Shown piece after piece: positions 1 through 9,773 of a stretch of DNA of 59,944 nucleotides (its first letter is position 1; every line of letters starts with the position of its first letter). Source of the DNA: a virus (Duplodnaviria; Caudoviricetes); the IMG/VR virus record IMGVR_UViG_3300005525_000005, positions 1 to 59,944 of that record, one strand, 5' to 3'. A program made the translations under genes and the position numbers. The notes beneath the pieces are model-generated. The model was given only the letters and a program-made list of their open reading frames with translations, ran no database searches and was not told the origin of the DNA.

Positions 1-120
1 ACCACCAGCGTGAAGTCGCTATCGTCAAGGTCTTGAGCCGTAACTTGAGTGCCACGGGCATAGTTCTTGACAGCGATTTCAGGTTCCTTGATGATCTTCA
101 CCGAATCGCCCACATTGGCG
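1..120. repeat. Terminal direct repeat, copy 1 (circular assembly overlap)
   Basis: Identical to 59825-59944; falls inside the capsid ORF. Confidence 0.95.
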
Positions 121-263
121 ATTTCGCCAAAGTAGTCGTTGTTCGTGATAGCTTCAACAACGGAAGACTTACGGAAAGCAAGCTGAACTTGCTTGGAATA
201 GATAACCGGCGACCAGTTACCGTTAGGAAGATTGCCCCAACCCGGAGCAGCAGCAAATGCCAT
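1..263 (-). CDS. Major capsid protein, N-terminal part (continues into 59017-59944)
   Basis: ATG at 263 after AGGAG; reads MAFAAAPGWGNLPNGNWSPVIYSKQVQLAFRK...NNDYFGEIANVGDSVKIIKEPEI, in frame with the ORF at the window end. Confidence 0.92.
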   Translation of the reverse strand, partial: MAFAAAPGWGNLPNGNWSPVIYSKQVQLAFRKSSVVEAITNNDYFGEIANVGDSVKIIKEPEIAVKNYARGTQVTAQDLDDSDFTLV

Positions 264-410
264 TTTGGTTTCTCCTATGTTAGCATTTAATACTGTCTTA
301 GGTTTTTATCGGGCCTTGCGAGAAATAGGTGGTCAATATTGTTTGCTCTAGATTCAAATAATATATGACGGCTATCTGCTAGGGTTGTCGATACAACACT
401 TGACAGAAAC

Positions 411-439
411 AAAAAGACGTTGCCATTTCTAGCAACGTC
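411..439 (-). terminator. Intrinsic terminator after scaffold gene
   Basis: GACGTTGCT-agaaat-GGCAACGTC followed by TTTTT on the minus strand. Confidence 0.65.
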
Positions 440-474
440 CCCGTTAGAACAGAAAAATCTTAGCTTGTCAAGCT

Positions 475-1335
475 TTAGCGAGCATTTCCGCTAATATCGT
501 AAACAAATTTGCCAGAACGCATAGCCTTTACGATGTTTTCTTGATTTTGCTCATATTCAGCAATCGACATCTTCTGCACTTGGCTTTCGTAGAAGACGCC
601 TTCTTGATCGGCTGTAGCGCTTGGTGTAGCCCGTCCGCGAGTGTTGACAGCTTCAGCAGCACCCTTCGTTTCAGGAGCGCGTGTACGCTTGTTGATATTG
701 CGATCAGCCTTGTACAGATCGATGACACGTGCCGCAGAGCGGAAGTCATCATCGTTCTCGTACAGCGCATCCTGCACCCACTTAGGCTGCTCTTCAGCCC
801 AATCATGGAAGTCTTCGCTGTCTTCAATCTTGTCGAAGTCGGGATGTAGCTTCAACAATTCGACACGTGCTTTTTCACGCGAAGTATTGCGTTCACTCTC
901 ATCAACCTTACGCATACGCTCTTCAAGCGTCTTCGTTGTTTCCTTTGCCTTCTTCATCGCAATGCTTTCAACAATGCGATAGACATCAGGATATTGCTTT
1001 GCCCAAGAGTCGATGTCGTCTTCGTTTGCAGGCAGCTTCATTTGCTTTTCTGTTGCTGTCTGTACCAAAGCCTTCAACTCTTCGACTTCTTTGCGAAGAT
1101 CGTTTTCAACCTTCTGCGAATGCCGACGAAGATCGCTGTAACGCTTTTTGAAAGTCGCTTCTTCCGCAGACAGATTTTCCTCAGCAGCTTCTTCCTTAGC
1201 TGGTGCAGATTGATTTTGTTTGAGGATTTCAAGTTCTTCCTCGCCTTTCTTAATGCGCTCTTCCGATGCGTTTCGACGCATGGAGAATGGTGCAACCTTA
1301 GTTTGCACAGGGACAGCAATAGCAGCAGTCATCAA
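475..1335 (-). CDS. Capsid scaffolding protein
   Basis: Acidic coiled coil, FKKRYSDLRRH and HPDF motifs, directly upstream of the capsid gene. Confidence 0.8.
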   Translation of the reverse strand: MMTAAIAVPVQTKVAPFSMRRNASEERIKKGEEELEILKQNQSAPAKEEAAEENLSAEEATFKKRYSDLRRHSQKVENDLRKEVEELKALVQTATEKQMKLPANEDDIDSWAKQYPDVYRIVESIAMKKAKETTKTLEERMRKVDESERNTSREKARVELLKLHPDFDKIEDSEDFHDWAEEQPKWVQDALYENDDDFRSAARVIDLYKADRNINKRTRAPETKGAAEAVNTRGRATPSATADQEGVFYESQVQKMSIAEYEQNQENIVKAMRSGKFVYDISGNAR

Positions 1336-2994
1336 TTACCTTTCTTTAGTCGCTCGTTCTTTGAAGAAGCTAGGATCAATTTTAGGACTAGACATCCCCA
1401 TGTATGATCCAAAACCTAAACCTTCTTCGTCTTCTTCATCTGAGGATTTTTCCTCTTCATCCATTGTACCCCAGAAATCTCCAAACAAGGCATCGTCTGA
1501 TGTGAATTCAAATGGGTCAGACACTTCTACAGTGGGTGTTGTACCGAACAAAGAATTGGCAATTTCTACTCTAGTCAAATCAGCACCACCAAATGCTAAT
1601 TGATTTTGATAAATTGCATCAACAGCAGCATTCTTGGCGTCGTTAATAGCAGTGTTAATGTCAGTACCTCTAACAACTGCATCTGCCGCACGTTGTGCGA
1701 AAGAGCCAATTTGATCGTCAGAAAGACCAGTGTTTCTTAGAGCATCTGAAACGGCATTGCTTGCATTGGCAGCAATGCCGCCTGTACCAATAGCACCGGA
1801 AGTTGCTGCAGGAGCCTGTGCTCTTACGTCATCTTTATATATTACTTGATCAATCTGTGAAGCAGCAGAGGCTATACCTTCTGGTGTTGATGTGTCAACA
1901 CCGCTTGCTCTACCCATCGTTTCTCTATTTACCTCACCAAGATATGCATTAACTTTATCGGCTCCAAATTTATTAACAGCAAGACGAAATGGCAAAGTTA
2001 AAATGCCGGGAACACCCATTGTTGATGCAATTGCGCTTAATACAGTGGTTCCAAGTTTAACATTGGCATTGCTAATGCTTGAGTTCCATAAGTCTTCACC
2101 CATAACTTCACCAGCAGGCCCGCTACCACCCGGATTATAAATCATGTCGGCCCTACCGAAGTCAGCGAGATTTTTTCCGGTATAGGTACCATAAACGTCT
2201 TGTGTGCCCCATGTTTCACCGACAGTTTTTGATGTTGTTGTAGCTGTGTCTGTTTTATTAGTGAGGCCACCAGTGATTCCACCACCAACAACGCTAAAAC
2301 CACCAGCGCCACCAGTAGCACCACCTTCCTTTTCATCATCGTCGGTAGTAGTAGTAGTGCCTGTAGGCATGCCGATAGGTGTAGCACCATTAGGCATAGG
2401 CTTCATAGGCTTGCCATTGATAAACGGCATATAGAAGTCTTTTCCTGCGCTGTCTTTGAAGTAACGAATGTCTAGTGCGGGATTCTTTGGAGCCTTTGTC
2501 AAATCGTAATAGCTCTGATTTACGAAGCCACCAGTGTTAAAAGCCATCTCTGTTTGACGACCAGTTTCTTCCTTATCAACTTCCTTCATTATCTCATCAA
2601 TATCACTTTTAAACTTGTCATCATCTTCTTCACCTTCTTCGTAAGTGTCATCGGCTTTTTCACCAGCTTCTTCGGCATTGCCCATCTGACCAATGTCGTT
2701 CATACGCATCAAGCCCTTCTTAGCTTGATCACGCATCTGCATCAGGCGCTCAAGACCAATGAAGCGAACAACGTCAGCAGGAAAGACGAATTCGCCCGGT
2801 GACAACTTAGCGTCAACGTCATCTCTCACTTCTTCAGCGAGACTGCCCATAGGCACATCGTTGCCACTGACGGGATCGACGTCTTTGCCATCGTCCATCA
2901 TGCCACCTTCGGCAAACAACTTCTTTTTGTTGGTAGTAATGGCTCCGACGCCAACTTTATTACTACGTTTCTTTCCGAAGCCCATTGATTTCAT
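1336..2994 (-). CDS. Virion protein with DDVDAKLSPGEFV domain; candidate head maturation protease
   Basis: 552 aa ORF between portal and scaffold; carries FAEGGMM and FNTGGFV motifs; function inferred. Confidence 0.5.
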   Translation of the reverse strand: MKSMGFGKKRSNKVGVGAITTNKKKLFAEGGMMDDGKDVDPVSGNDVPMGSLAEEVRDDVDAKLSPGEFVFPADVVRFIGLERLMQMRDQAKKGLMRMNDIGQMGNAEEAGEKADDTYEEGEEDDDKFKSDIDEIMKEVDKEETGRQTEMAFNTGGFVNQSYYDLTKAPKNPALDIRYFKDSAGKDFYMPFINGKPMKPMPNGATPIGMPTGTTTTTDDDEKEGGATGGAGGFSVVGGGITGGLTNKTDTATTTSKTVGETWGTQDVYGTYTGKNLADFGRADMIYNPGGSGPAGEVMGEDLWNSSISNANVKLGTTVLSAIASTMGVPGILTLPFRLAVNKFGADKVNAYLGEVNRETMGRASGVDTSTPEGIASAASQIDQVIYKDDVRAQAPAATSGAIGTGGIAANASNAVSDALRNTGLSDDQIGSFAQRAADAVVRGTDINTAINDAKNAAVDAIYQNQLAFGGADLTRVEIANSLFGTTPTVEVSDPFEFTSDDALFGDFWGTMDEEEKSSDEEDEEGLGFGSYMGMSSPKIDPSFFKERATKER

Positions 2995-3184
2995 CCTTCA
3001 GTTTTGTGAGCGCTCGTAGCGCCATTATTGCGCCTTGCGCTCTATACACCTCTGACATATCTGTTGTCTGCTCAAGCTTACGTCGATTGTTGTCAATGTA
3101 AAACTCAAGCATTTCCATATACGCTTCCCACGTATGATGGTGTATCAGCGCAGATAGCTTTGGTAAATAACGCTTCTCTATCAT
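2963..3184 (-). CDS. Small portal-adjacent protein
   Basis: 73 aa, YRAQGAI motif, overlaps the portal stop and the next start. Confidence 0.7.
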   Translation of the reverse strand: MIEKRYLPKLSALIHHHTWEAYMEMLEFYIDNNRRKLEQTTDMSEVYRAQGAIMALRALTKLKDEINGLRKET

Positions 3185-5253
3185 TGCATCGGAGGCTGTT
3201 GAGGAGCAGCGCTAAAGCCTTGTTCGCCCGGAGTAGGAGCAGTGCCAACACCAATGTTGCCACCACCACCACCGCTAGTATCAGACACCGGCATTGGCTG
3301 TTCTCCCATTTCGGGAGCAGCGCCAGCAGGCGCGGCAGGAGGCTGCATCTTCTGCAGCAACAACGCTTGCTTTGCAGCTTCTTCCATGTCGTTAGAAACC
3401 AGCTCTGGGTCCAAGTCCATCGACTTAGCAATCTCTCGGACAATGTAGGGCAACTTAGCAAACGGAGCCAATGTCGGGTTCTGCACCACTTGCAGAAATT
3501 GCAACAGACGTTGACTACGCACTTCGTTAGCCATCAACGACTCTGTACCACGTGCGTTCACTTCCAAGTCACCAACAATATCAGGATCAGGATCAAACTG
3601 CATATTAAAGCTAAAGAAAGCTTCACCAATAGGACGAAGCAAATAGTCGTCCATGTTCTTAATGACAGTTTTGATATTGATGGAGGCAGCATTCATCAGC
3701 ATGGAGATGCCAGATGATGTGCGACCAACACCGCTAACGCCTGTTTGCCCGTGAGCAAACGACGGCATGCCTGTAGACTCATCGGCAAGCACTCGCGCCT
3801 TGTCGAATAGCTGAAGGTTGGTTTGAGCTACGTTAGGAAACGATGTTCCAAACAACGCCTGACCGGGTGCGCCACCTTGACGACGGAACACCTTGCCGGG
3901 AAAGACAGTGAGATCTTGTCCGGGAACAAGATTGGTTTCATCAACTTCGAAGACGAGATTGCCAGAGAGAACAGCGTTGTCTACAGCAAGACGCATGAAT
4001 CCATTCATCAACGTCTGTGTATCATCCATGTTCTCAGACACACCAACACCGTACATTGAGTACGGATTTAGCTCATACGGCACCACGTAATAGGGGATAC
4101 GAGCAGGCTTAAAAGGATTGAGGACAAGACGTATGACTTTGCCACCGCTGAACCAGATGTTTGCCTGCAATTCAACGCTGTCCCCAAACTCTTCTGGGAT
4201 GTCAATGTCGTTGTCACGTAGCAAATCGACATCAACAGCACCCCAATATTCCAATACTTCCCAACGCTCAACGCCCATGTTGGGTTGATAGTCGCTCAAG
4301 TCGTCTTCCCAATATTCTTTGATGTAGTTGGGACCATCAACAACAAGAGCATCAATAACGCTACCACGGAACATAGGTCGACGCTTTAGCTCAAGCATCT
4401 GCGTCTTACTAAGCTTATGTCGCTCAATGAAATAAGAAGACTCTGCAATGTTGCTAGCATCAGGATCAACATAGCTGTTCCAAACGCTAACATGCGACGA
4501 TTTCGGCATCGTCTTCATAATAGGCTTGTATTTGCCATTTTCCCAACGCGGATATTCCTTGTCTACAGCGAATGGGCCTTTCATAATGCCTGTGCCAAAC
4601 AATGCACATTCAAACGCTGTAGAACGAAGATGAGTGGCAGCACCGCTTTCGTCTAGCTGATCCCGTATCTTCTTATCCATCTTCTTCGCAGCAACTTGTG
4701 CAGGAGAAAACGTAATTTGTGTTGGAAGCTTGCCAGCGCCTTCTTTGACATTGAGTCCTTTGAAGGCATTCTTCATCGATCCGAGCAAGTCTCCAATCTT
4801 TGTGCCGGGAGGCAAAGGCTTGCTGATGTCAATGGCAGGCGCTGCAGGCTGTCCAGCAGCCTTCTTCTGCTCTTCTGCCATGTCGATGTGGACATGCTCT
4901 GCAACACCAATGGGCTGCGGTGTAGGATCAACAGAAAGAGGAAACTTGTTGCCGGAAAACAAGACATCTACGATTTGTCCATACGCAGCCAACACCTTTG
5001 TCTTCGTCACCTTGATGAATACGCGAGACTTCTCAGCCTCTGTAAACTTCATGTCGGGTCCATAGATGCCGCGATAGTTGCGATAGGCACGAAGCCAGCG
5101 TTCTTCGTCATATCGACGGGATTGCTTAGAACGGCTATATCGTTCTTTGACAAAGCTGACAAGAGAGCCACCAGAGAAGGTGGTTTCACCACTATCATCT
5201 GGTAAAGCTACAGACTTGTCATCCATAAAAGGTTTATCGTTACGAATAGCCAT
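3181..5253 (-). CDS. Portal protein
   Basis: About 690 aa after TerL; FIKVTKTKVLAAYGQ, ALFGTGIMKGP, RTSSGISML motifs; probable ATG at 5253. Confidence 0.88.
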   Translation of the reverse strand: MAIRNDKPFMDDKSVALPDDSGETTFSGGSLVSFVKERYSRSKQSRRYDEERWLRAYRNYRGIYGPDMKFTEAEKSRVFIKVTKTKVLAAYGQIVDVLFSGNKFPLSVDPTPQPIGVAEHVHIDMAEEQKKAAGQPAAPAIDISKPLPPGTKIGDLLGSMKNAFKGLNVKEGAGKLPTQITFSPAQVAAKKMDKKIRDQLDESGAATHLRSTAFECALFGTGIMKGPFAVDKEYPRWENGKYKPIMKTMPKSSHVSVWNSYVDPDASNIAESSYFIERHKLSKTQMLELKRRPMFRGSVIDALVVDGPNYIKEYWEDDLSDYQPNMGVERWEVLEYWGAVDVDLLRDNDIDIPEEFGDSVELQANIWFSGGKVIRLVLNPFKPARIPYYVVPYELNPYSMYGVGVSENMDDTQTLMNGFMRLAVDNAVLSGNLVFEVDETNLVPGQDLTVFPGKVFRRQGGAPGQALFGTSFPNVAQTNLQLFDKARVLADESTGMPSFAHGQTGVSGVGRTSSGISMLMNAASINIKTVIKNMDDYLLRPIGEAFFSFNMQFDPDPDIVGDLEVNARGTESLMANEVRSQRLLQFLQVVQNPTLAPFAKLPYIVREIAKSMDLDPELVSNDMEEAAKQALLLQKMQPPAAPAGAAPEMGEQPMPVSDTSGGGGGNIGVGTAPTPGEQGFSAAPQQPPMQ

Positions 5254-5289
5254 AAGTTTTCCTTGGTGTTCTGCGTTATATCTCAATTC

Positions 5290-5799
5290 TTACCGAATTG
5301 GGAAGTAGGGCTTGCAGTGTCGATTTCCCTTCGATAAGTTCCATTTCGCAGGAACAACTTGTATGTTGTAGGGATTGTGAAGACCTGATACTTGTTTAGA
5401 GCAAAGTGGATAAATGTGATCAAGATGCCAATCTGTTCCTAAATTTTTCTTACGGAGATCACATAGACGATATGCTTCTTCAAAAACAAACTCAAAAAAC
5501 TCAACGTCCCACTCAACAATTCTTTGTTTTCTTTTTGCGCGATTTATAGACTTTAATGAGTTTCTATACGCTTTATTTTTAATATCAAACTGACGATCAT
5601 ACTCTGCCTTTTTATCTTTACGTGAATCTCTATACTCTTGAGTTTTTTTACGATAAGCATCAGTTTTTGTAAAGTGTGACATGCACATTACACATGTTCC
5701 TGTAGATGTATATCTTAACGAATCGTGATTCTGAGGACACTTTTTATCACTACGATAAAAAAGTTCACTATTTTGTTTTGCAAGTTTACGATAGTTCAT
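5290..5799 (-). CDS. Free-standing HNH homing endonuclease
   Basis: WHLDHIYPL...SGLHNPYNIQVVPAKWNLSKGN; N-terminal CxxxH..CxxC; visibly AT-rich. Confidence 0.85.
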   Translation of the reverse strand: MNYRKLAKQNSELFYRSDKKCPQNHDSLRYTSTGTCVMCMSHFTKTDAYRKKTQEYRDSRKDKKAEYDRQFDIKNKAYRNSLKSINRAKRKQRIVEWDVEFFEFVFEEAYRLCDLRKKNLGTDWHLDHIYPLCSKQVSGLHNPYNIQVVPAKWNLSKGNRHCKPYFPIR

Positions 5800-5800
5800 A

Positions 5801-7390
5801 TCAATATCCAAAAGTTTTATCAAATGGATTATTGTATCGATCTTTATGGTTTGAATTGTAGTCAAAAATATTTGCACTACGCGGACGAGTCATTATTCCA
5901 TAACGTAGAGCGTCGATTGTATGGTCATTTTTTACCTTAGTATCGACATCCTCTGGATTATTTTTGTCTAGAGGAATTGAAGGAAGATCGGCAATCAATT
6001 GTGTGCAGTTTTGGAAGATGGTCATGCGAGGATGACCTGTGTAGGTGTCAATTTGCAGCCTACGATGTATCTCATTCTTACCAGCAATGCGACTACCAGC
6101 ACTTCTGTCAGAAGGTCGCCACTTACATCCCTTCAATATCATTCGTTCGGCAATAGATGGCCCAGTATCTCCACGTTTTGCCCAACAAGAGCTATCCAAC
6201 ACACCATATCTGATGCGTTCACCAGCTTCAAGCGTCAATATTTTCTCTGCCAAGTCTTCGGCAAGCACTTTTGTAACGTATAGCTCACGATACACCACCA
6301 AACTATCATCAGGAGCAACAGCAATCCATAGCACAGCACTAAAACTGCCATAGCCATAGTCGCAAGCACGAAAACGAGTCCAATCGGAAGGGATAGAATA
6401 AGGCTCGACCACATGAATTGATCGTTTGAACTCAGGAAATGCAGCACCTTCCGCAACATCCCAATCTCCTTCTAGTAGTTGACGTCTTTGATGCTCTGGC
6501 AAAGACAAAAGCATTGTCTCATAGTCACCAGACTTAGTCAAAAACGGATTATCAGAGAGCTTTGCAGGAATAAATCGACGCTTAAATAGCGGCTGTCCCT
6601 GTTTGCTGTGCCCTTCTGGGTAGGTCATCACATCGCCAGTGTCGATGTCAGTAGCCCAGAACGCTTCACCGGGTGGTGAAGGGTCAATGAACATCTTCTT
6701 AACCCATGCATGCCCTCTGTTGCCGGGGTTTGTAGACGCTCTCATATACACAGGCAAGTCAGACGCCGATGTACGAAGACGAGAACGCATGTAGTTCCAC
6801 GCAAACGGTGTTGCCCACTGTGTCAATTCGTCAAAACCAATCCAGCTAAACGACAAACCTTGATAGCGAAGCACATCTTCGTCTCTATCAAGGTAGGACA
6901 TCCACAGCCTGCCACCACCCGGCACTTCCCATTGAAACTTACGCTCACTCCATTTGATGCCGGGAATGATTTTGGGATAGAGTTCTTGAGACTTCCACAC
7001 CAGTTCTCGTAGTTCTTCTGTGGTGTGACGAAGAAGCAGCCCAGAAAACTGCGGATGCGTGATGTAGCGCAGAGGGTCTGCAAGCATCGCATAGCTCTTG
7101 CCACCGCCTGCAGCACCCCCATACAGCACCTCACGCTCAGAAGACGCTAGAAAGGCTGTCTGAGGCCCTGCATTGGGCTTGAAGATGACGTTCTGCAGCG
7201 CAGCATCATTCAATTCGCTCTGGGATTGGGTGTCGCTCGTAGAGACTGAGATATGGCTCTTGATCGAAGAAGGCTGTTTTGTCTTTTTTGCCGAGGGTGG
7301 TTTCGAAGGCTTTTGCCTTTTCGAGCGCGTCTTTGTATCTGCTGGCAAGGGCAACATAGAAATTGTATTTATGCTTTCGCCGTCTTTCAT
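5801..7390 (-). CDS. terL: Terminase large subunit (start uncertain)
   Basis: Walker A YGGAAGGGKS, Walker B IGFDELTQW, STNPG, nuclease DYGY and DHTIDALRY. Confidence 0.95.
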   Translation of the reverse strand: MKDGESINTISMLPLPADTKTRSKRQKPSKPPSAKKTKQPSSIKSHISVSTSDTQSQSELNDAALQNVIFKPNAGPQTAFLASSEREVLYGGAAGGGKSYAMLADPLRYITHPQFSGLLLRHTTEELRELVWKSQELYPKIIPGIKWSERKFQWEVPGGGRLWMSYLDRDEDVLRYQGLSFSWIGFDELTQWATPFAWNYMRSRLRTSASDLPVYMRASTNPGNRGHAWVKKMFIDPSPPGEAFWATDIDTGDVMTYPEGHSKQGQPLFKRRFIPAKLSDNPFLTKSGDYETMLLSLPEHQRRQLLEGDWDVAEGAAFPEFKRSIHVVEPYSIPSDWTRFRACDYGYGSFSAVLWIAVAPDDSLVVYRELYVTKVLAEDLAEKILTLEAGERIRYGVLDSSCWAKRGDTGPSIAERMILKGCKWRPSDRSAGSRIAGKNEIHRRLQIDTYTGHPRMTIFQNCTQLIADLPSIPLDKNNPEDVDTKVKNDHTIDALRYGIMTRPRSANIFDYNSNHKDRYNNPFDKTFGY

Positions 7391-7667
7391 CTCTAAGTCG
7401 TTTCCTTAACCCGTCGCCAGATATTGAGCGTCCTGTTTGCTTTGTAAGCCAGTTTGCAACCTGCTGAAATGTATATCGTTTGCAATATTGTTCAGCAATC
7501 TTTAGAGCATCAAGCTCTTTTGGTATTGGGACATACCAATTTGGATCGGATGGCTCAACATAATATCCAAAGGGAATGAGCATCCCTTTTCTAAGTCGTG
7601 GTATCTTGACGTATTCGGTGCGCTCTACAGGTTGCGGAAGAAGCCAGTGTCCTAAATCTCTAGTCAT
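7206..7667 (-). CDS. Putative DNA-binding protein (PFGY/HTH-like)
   Basis: IPFGY and VANWLTKQTGRSIS; coupled to the terminase genes. Confidence 0.55.
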   Translation of the reverse strand: MTRDLGHWLLPQPVERTEYVKIPRLRKGMLIPFGYYVEPSDPNWYVPIPKELDALKIAEQYCKRYTFQQVANWLTKQTGRSISGDGLRKRLRDERRRKHKYNFYVALASRYKDALEKAKAFETTLGKKDKTAFFDQEPYLSLYERHPIPERIE

Positions 7668-8022
7668 TGTCCTTCGGAGGCAAAATCATAATACCACCAC
7701 TCGACTGCACCTCTAGCTTCTCTGTCTTAACAACACCAGACCTGTCAAGCAAGTCTTTGGCAGCAGCCAGCTTTTCCTTGATGCCAAGCTCTGTAGGGTC
7801 GTCAATGCCGCTGATGACAGCCATAGCCGCTTTAGGCGCATGCATAGCAATGTATAGCTGCGTTGCTTCGATGATGTGCTCTTTCAGAGCAAACATCAAC
7901 TCCTTTGTAGGATAGTTTTTGCTGTAGCCTGCAAGCTCTTTAGCGCGAACAGGACTACCATTGGCATCACCAAGCAATGCATCAATGAATTTCTTCTGTT
8001 GTTCGTTGAGAGGTGTTTTCAT
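7660..8022 (-). CDS. Putative terminase small subunit
   Basis: LNEQQKKFI...AKELAGYS and AAKDLLDRSG resemble TerS motifs. Confidence 0.65.
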   Translation of the reverse strand: MKTPLNEQQKKFIDALLGDANGSPVRAKELAGYSKNYPTKELMFALKEHIIEATQLYIAMHAPKAAMAVISGIDDPTELGIKEKLAAAKDLLDRSGVVKTEKLEVQSSGGIMILPPKDND

Positions 8023-8024
8023 AA

Positions 8025-8360
8025 TTAGAGTTTGGTAGCGTAATATTCTTCTGTCTTGATAGAAACAGTGATGGCGCTGCTGCCAACATTGGCAAAGCCA
8101 GTTATTTTATCGTTCTTGTCTAGATAGAGAGGCGCAGTGATTTGAAGAATACTACGAGGCTTCATTCTCACAGCATCCATAATGTCATATGACACAGCAT
8201 CAACAGCACTATACCACTGTATCGTTACATTAATCGTTACATCACTTCCATTAGAAACAAAGATGCTGCTAACGTCAGCTTTGAATGCTGAGGGGACAAC
8301 GTAGATGTCTTGTGGACTTGTTGTCAGCGCCAACGCCACTGTTCGTTTCTTATTACTCAT
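8025..8360 (-). CDS. Beta-rich hypothetical virion protein
   Basis: Coupled ORF starting MSNKKRTV. Confidence 0.55.
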   Translation of the reverse strand: MSNKKRTVALALTTSPQDIYVVPSAFKADVSSIFVSNGSDVTINVTIQWYSAVDAVSYDIMDAVRMKPRSILQITAPLYLDKNDKITGFANVGSSAITVSIKTEEYYATKL

Positions 8361-8361
8361 A

Positions 8362-9621
8362 TCACCTACTGATTTCTTCCCAATCCAATGACGCCAACAC
8401 CTGATCACCGTTAGTTGCAGAGGTGCATATAAGCGTTAGTTCATATGGAGTGGGTGTAAACGAATTGCGTTCAAGCTGAAACTTAAACAAAGCTTCCTTC
8501 AAGATGTCAATTGTTGACGATCCCTGATTTGAGCCTTGGAAGAAACCAGAAGCAAGCGCTCTACCAGTGCCTATAGAAAATGATGTTCCGGTAGTGTTAT
8601 ATTCAACGGAGGAATCAGCACCAGCACTTGTCCAAGTGCCACCAGTTGTTGTTCCAGAAGCAACCAGTTGCCATTTATAGTTGGCATTGTTAGTGATACC
8701 AAGTATTGAGATGGCTGTAAGAATGACAATGCCATCAAGCCTAGTAGACTTCAGACGAATAGAAACAATGGGATAAATGGTGCCGGCTGTAGTGAGCGTC
8801 TTAGGGCTTGTTACATCAGTGCCGATAGTTTGCTGCACTCCACGAAGCTCATAGCCGCCTTCAGAAATAACAGACGAACACACTTGCTTCAATGTGCTAG
8901 AGGATGCCGTCGTTGATGTGTTGGTCATCTCGTAACGAAGCGGCAATGACGCAGTGGTGATGTACGTTGTAGTGATGAGGTTTGCGTGATGGAAACTATG
9001 TGCAGGAACAAAGACACCATCGATGACAAAACCCATCCGCACAGTGCCAAGACCAAGCCATTCAACATCCATGTACAAAATCTGTGCTTTGGATGCGTCA
9101 AGAGTGATGCCGGACTCACCTGTACCATCAAGCTTGTCTTGATTCCAACTCGCCTGAGCTACACGTGTATTGGCTGTAGAGCCGCTAACACCGCTACGCT
9201 CAACAAAATATAGGGCTGTGCCGTCTCGTTCGAAATAGAGCCCGTTGCTGGCTCCAAAATATCCACATCGCTGACGCAAATTTGCTTTTGCTTCTCCGAA
9301 CACAAACGTAGACATTACAAGCAAACTCTTACCGGGCTGATAAGAAAACACCTTCGTTGTTTCACGAATAATTTCATCACCGCTGGCTGTACCAACAGAA
9401 AGATTGATGAGCCCTTCGTTAGCGCTGAAGGTGGCAGAAGCAGTGCCTGTAATTTTGTCTGCCCACAAGTCATTGTCACTGAATCGATGTGACGAATCAA
9501 ACAATGTCATTGGGCTGCTAACACGCACTCGCCCAAAGGCATCGACGGAAGTGCCGCCAATAGTGACGGTGTTTCCGGTTTCGTCAATGCGTACCAGCGC
9601 GGGATAGCTTGTTATGCTCAC
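8362..9621 (-). CDS. Putative structural/accessory virion protein
   Basis: 419 aa; DAFGRVRVS, YQPGKS, EWLGLG motifs; S/T/G-rich. Confidence 0.6.
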   Translation of the reverse strand: MSITSYPALVRIDETGNTVTIGGTSVDAFGRVRVSSPMTLFDSSHRFSDNDLWADKITGTASATFSANEGLINLSVGTASGDEIIRETTKVFSYQPGKSLLVMSTFVFGEAKANLRQRCGYFGASNGLYFERDGTALYFVERSGVSGSTANTRVAQASWNQDKLDGTGESGITLDASKAQILYMDVEWLGLGTVRMGFVIDGVFVPAHSFHHANLITTTYITTASLPLRYEMTNTSTTASSSTLKQVCSSVISEGGYELRGVQQTIGTDVTSPKTLTTAGTIYPIVSIRLKSTRLDGIVILTAISILGITNNANYKWQLVASGTTTGGTWTSAGADSSVEYNTTGTSFSIGTGRALASGFFQGSNQGSSTIDILKEALFKFQLERNSFTPTPYELTLICTSATNGDQVLASLDWEEISR

Positions 9622-9773
9622 TTCTTTTTCCTACGAGCTTCAGACAACGCAATAGCAACAGCCTGTTTCTGACTCTTGACAACAGGAGCCTTCTTACCAG
9701 CACCGCTATGCAGAGCGCCAGCCTTAAACTCCTTCATCACTTTGCCAACTTTGGCTTGTTGCTTAGGTGTCAT
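9618..9773 (-). CDS. Small basic protein (DUF6496-like), missing from ORF track
   Basis: 51 aa MTPKQQAKVGKVMKEFKAGALHSG...KQAVAIALSEARRKKK; fills the gap exactly. Confidence 0.75.
   Translation of the reverse strand: MTPKQQAKVGKVMKEFKAGALHSGAGKKAPVVKSQKQAVAIALSEARRKKK

Noticed and set aside
442-471. TTGACA upstream of the capsid gene as a promoter
   Set aside because: No acceptable -10, and the terminator hairpin follows immediately
5290-5800. Group I intron around the HNH gene
   Set aside because: TerL and portal appear intact and flanks are too short; same for the EndoVII gene
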